This document shows positions 62,341 to 64,000 of a DNA stretch of 64,000 nucleotides, in pieces. This DNA is from Octopus sinensis (lineage: Eukaryota). The notes under the pieces were generated by a model. That model saw only the letters and a program-made list of their open reading frames with translations, was not told where the DNA came from and ran no database searches. The stretch is from the NCBI RefSeq assembly GCF_006345805.1, contig NC_042998.1:32240001-32304000 (forward strand). Direction: 5' to 3'. Numbering within the stretch: the first letter of the stretch is position 1; every line of letters starts with the position of its first letter. The translations under genes and the position numbers were made by a program.

Positions 62341-63107
62341 TTCATATGCTTTGTTTGGTAGCTTGTCATATTTTTCTTCAATATTTAGACACCCATTCCT
62401 TGTTTAGATCTTTAACCATTTAGTATAGTTTCCTTGATACTTACTCCATAACGTCTCTTTTCTTTTTTTCTTTTTCAGCTGTTTTGCTAATCCAGAAACC
62501 TTTTACTGATCCAGTTTCCTCTAATAATTATCAATTGTCCAATCTAATATTTGTTTCTGTTGCCTTGTTTTTGTATTGTTTTTTTTTTTCAGATCTCTCC
62601 TGTCAACAAAGCTGATTAAAATACCTATATCTGTCAAAAAATTCCAAACTCCCTTCACTTTTACAGAGAATTCTGTCAAATTTAGTCATTATTTATTCAA
62701 AGGCTCCTGTCAATTCTTGAAGAGTGATATTTCTTCTTATCAATGCTTTAAATTTTTTGTTATGCTTGTATTTTTTTAAATTTTGCAACATATTTTATTC
62801 TTGTATATTGATTCTTCATGGGAGATTCCAGCTTTATTTAATATCATTAATATGGCTACTGATCTTTCAACAATGGTCTTTTAAAACAGGATTGTTGCAT
62901 AAATTATCATAATCACCACTTATATTTTTCTGGATCTTGAAAAAAGTTTTGCACTCATTCATCTCTGCAATTGATTTTTTTTGGAAGGAGGAAAAGTGAT
63001 AAAAGTGCAAATATCACCAAGCTTTTGGCAAAATTTGATGCAGATTCTCTGCTCAATTCTCTGCCATAGTCACTGAGGAAACCTCTGTGGTGTGGCGAAA
63101 TGACCAC

Positions 63108-63339
63108 AAGGCAGCAAGCTGGCAGAAACGTTAGCGCACCGGGCGAAATGCGTAGCCGTATTTCATCTGCCATTACGTTCTGAGTTCAAATTCCGCCGAG
63201 GTCCACTTCGCCTTTCATCCTTTCGGGATCAATTAAATAAGTACCAGTCACGCACTGGGGTCGATGTAATCAACTTAATCCCTTTTCTGTACTTGTTAAT
63301 CCCCTCTGTGTTTAGCCCCTTGTGGGTAGTAAAGAAATA
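63108..63339 (+). mobile_element. SINE family A with 12-bp TSD
   Basis: GAAATGACCACA at 63097-63108 and 63340-63351. Confidence 0.9.
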
Positions 63340-63877
63340 GAAATGACCACATCCTACACACTTCCAAGCACTGCTATAAACAGCAGATGAAAGTGAGAAC
63401 ATTACAACTCAATGCACATGCATAACAGAGTTGAAGGTCAATTTGTGCCAACTGGCTTCACTCTGCATATTTTAGCTCAGTTACCATAGCAACAATCTCA
63501 ATACGTTTTGATCAGACCTCATATGCTTTCCTCCCAACTAAACCATATTTTTCCTGTTATGGGTCATATACTCTCCACAAATCTCTTTATCCTGATAAAA
63601 TTCCAAATATATATCTACATTAAAGGAATGTTTATATGTACATCTGAAACACAGCAAGTTCCAACGAGAAAAGACTTTCTACATAGTCTTTAACAGTGGA
63701 CAGATAGTTGTTGCTTTTTTTTACCTCAGGTCATTACTAACACAATACGGTATGAGAGATCACGACCATCATCATTATGCAGCATCTTAATATGCAGATA
63801 ACCTCATGGTGCTTTTCTTCTCCCTAATATCACAAGTTGCTGGTATCTCTAAGAGAAACTCCTTTAATTCTTCTAAC

Positions 63878-64000
63878 AGGAGTGGCTGTGTGGTAAGTAG
63901 CTTGTTTACCAGCCACGTGGTTCCGGGTGCATATAGTAGAAGACACTTGCCCAAGGTCCCACGCACTGGCACCTTGGGCAAGTGTCCTCTACTATAGCCT
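63878..64000 (+). mobile_element. SINE family B head (runs off the window; internal segment appears rearranged)
   Basis: CAGGAGTGGCTGTGTGGTAAGTAGC...GGCACCTTGGGCAAGTGTCCTCTACTATAGCC. Confidence 0.8.

Noticed and set aside
60250-62800. Possible very old LINE remnants (RTE-like 60250-60600; L1/Tx1-like 62400-62800) on the minus strand
   Set aside because: Similarities were only suggestive and riddled with stops, so they cannot be supported without alignment.

Overview
AT-rich, transposon-saturated eukaryotic genomic DNA with no recognisable intact host gene. The SINE families, microsatellite load and mobile-element mix suggest a coleoid cephalopod, probably Octopus; this is an inference from recalled repeat motifs, not a database search. 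The window holds two decayed CR1-group LINEs in head-to-head orientation (1-3650 minus; about 5550-10207 plus). Both have an unusual ORF1 with an N-terminal Myb/SANT-trihelix-like domain and CCCH zinc finger(s). Other elements are several RTE LINE remnants, a 7-unit tandem array built from an RTE 3' UTR, a 5'-truncated GC-rich Penelope-like element (RT + GIY-YIG), and mariner, Tc1, hAT and piggyBac fossils or MITEs. There is also a ~1.8-kb tandem amplification bounded by Helitron-like elements and four or more tRNA-derived SINE families. The most interesting signal is six minimal type-I hammerhead-ribozyme motifs from five unrelated sequence families: 3989-4039 minus and 4520-4570 plus (an inverted pair), 14770-14830 minus, 32867-32912 plus (inside a tRNA-headed SINE), 47962-47996 plus and 52661-52708 plus. 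Most long ORFs in the ORF track are microsatellite artefacts. Boundaries were read by eye and are approximate unless TIRs or TSDs are quoted.
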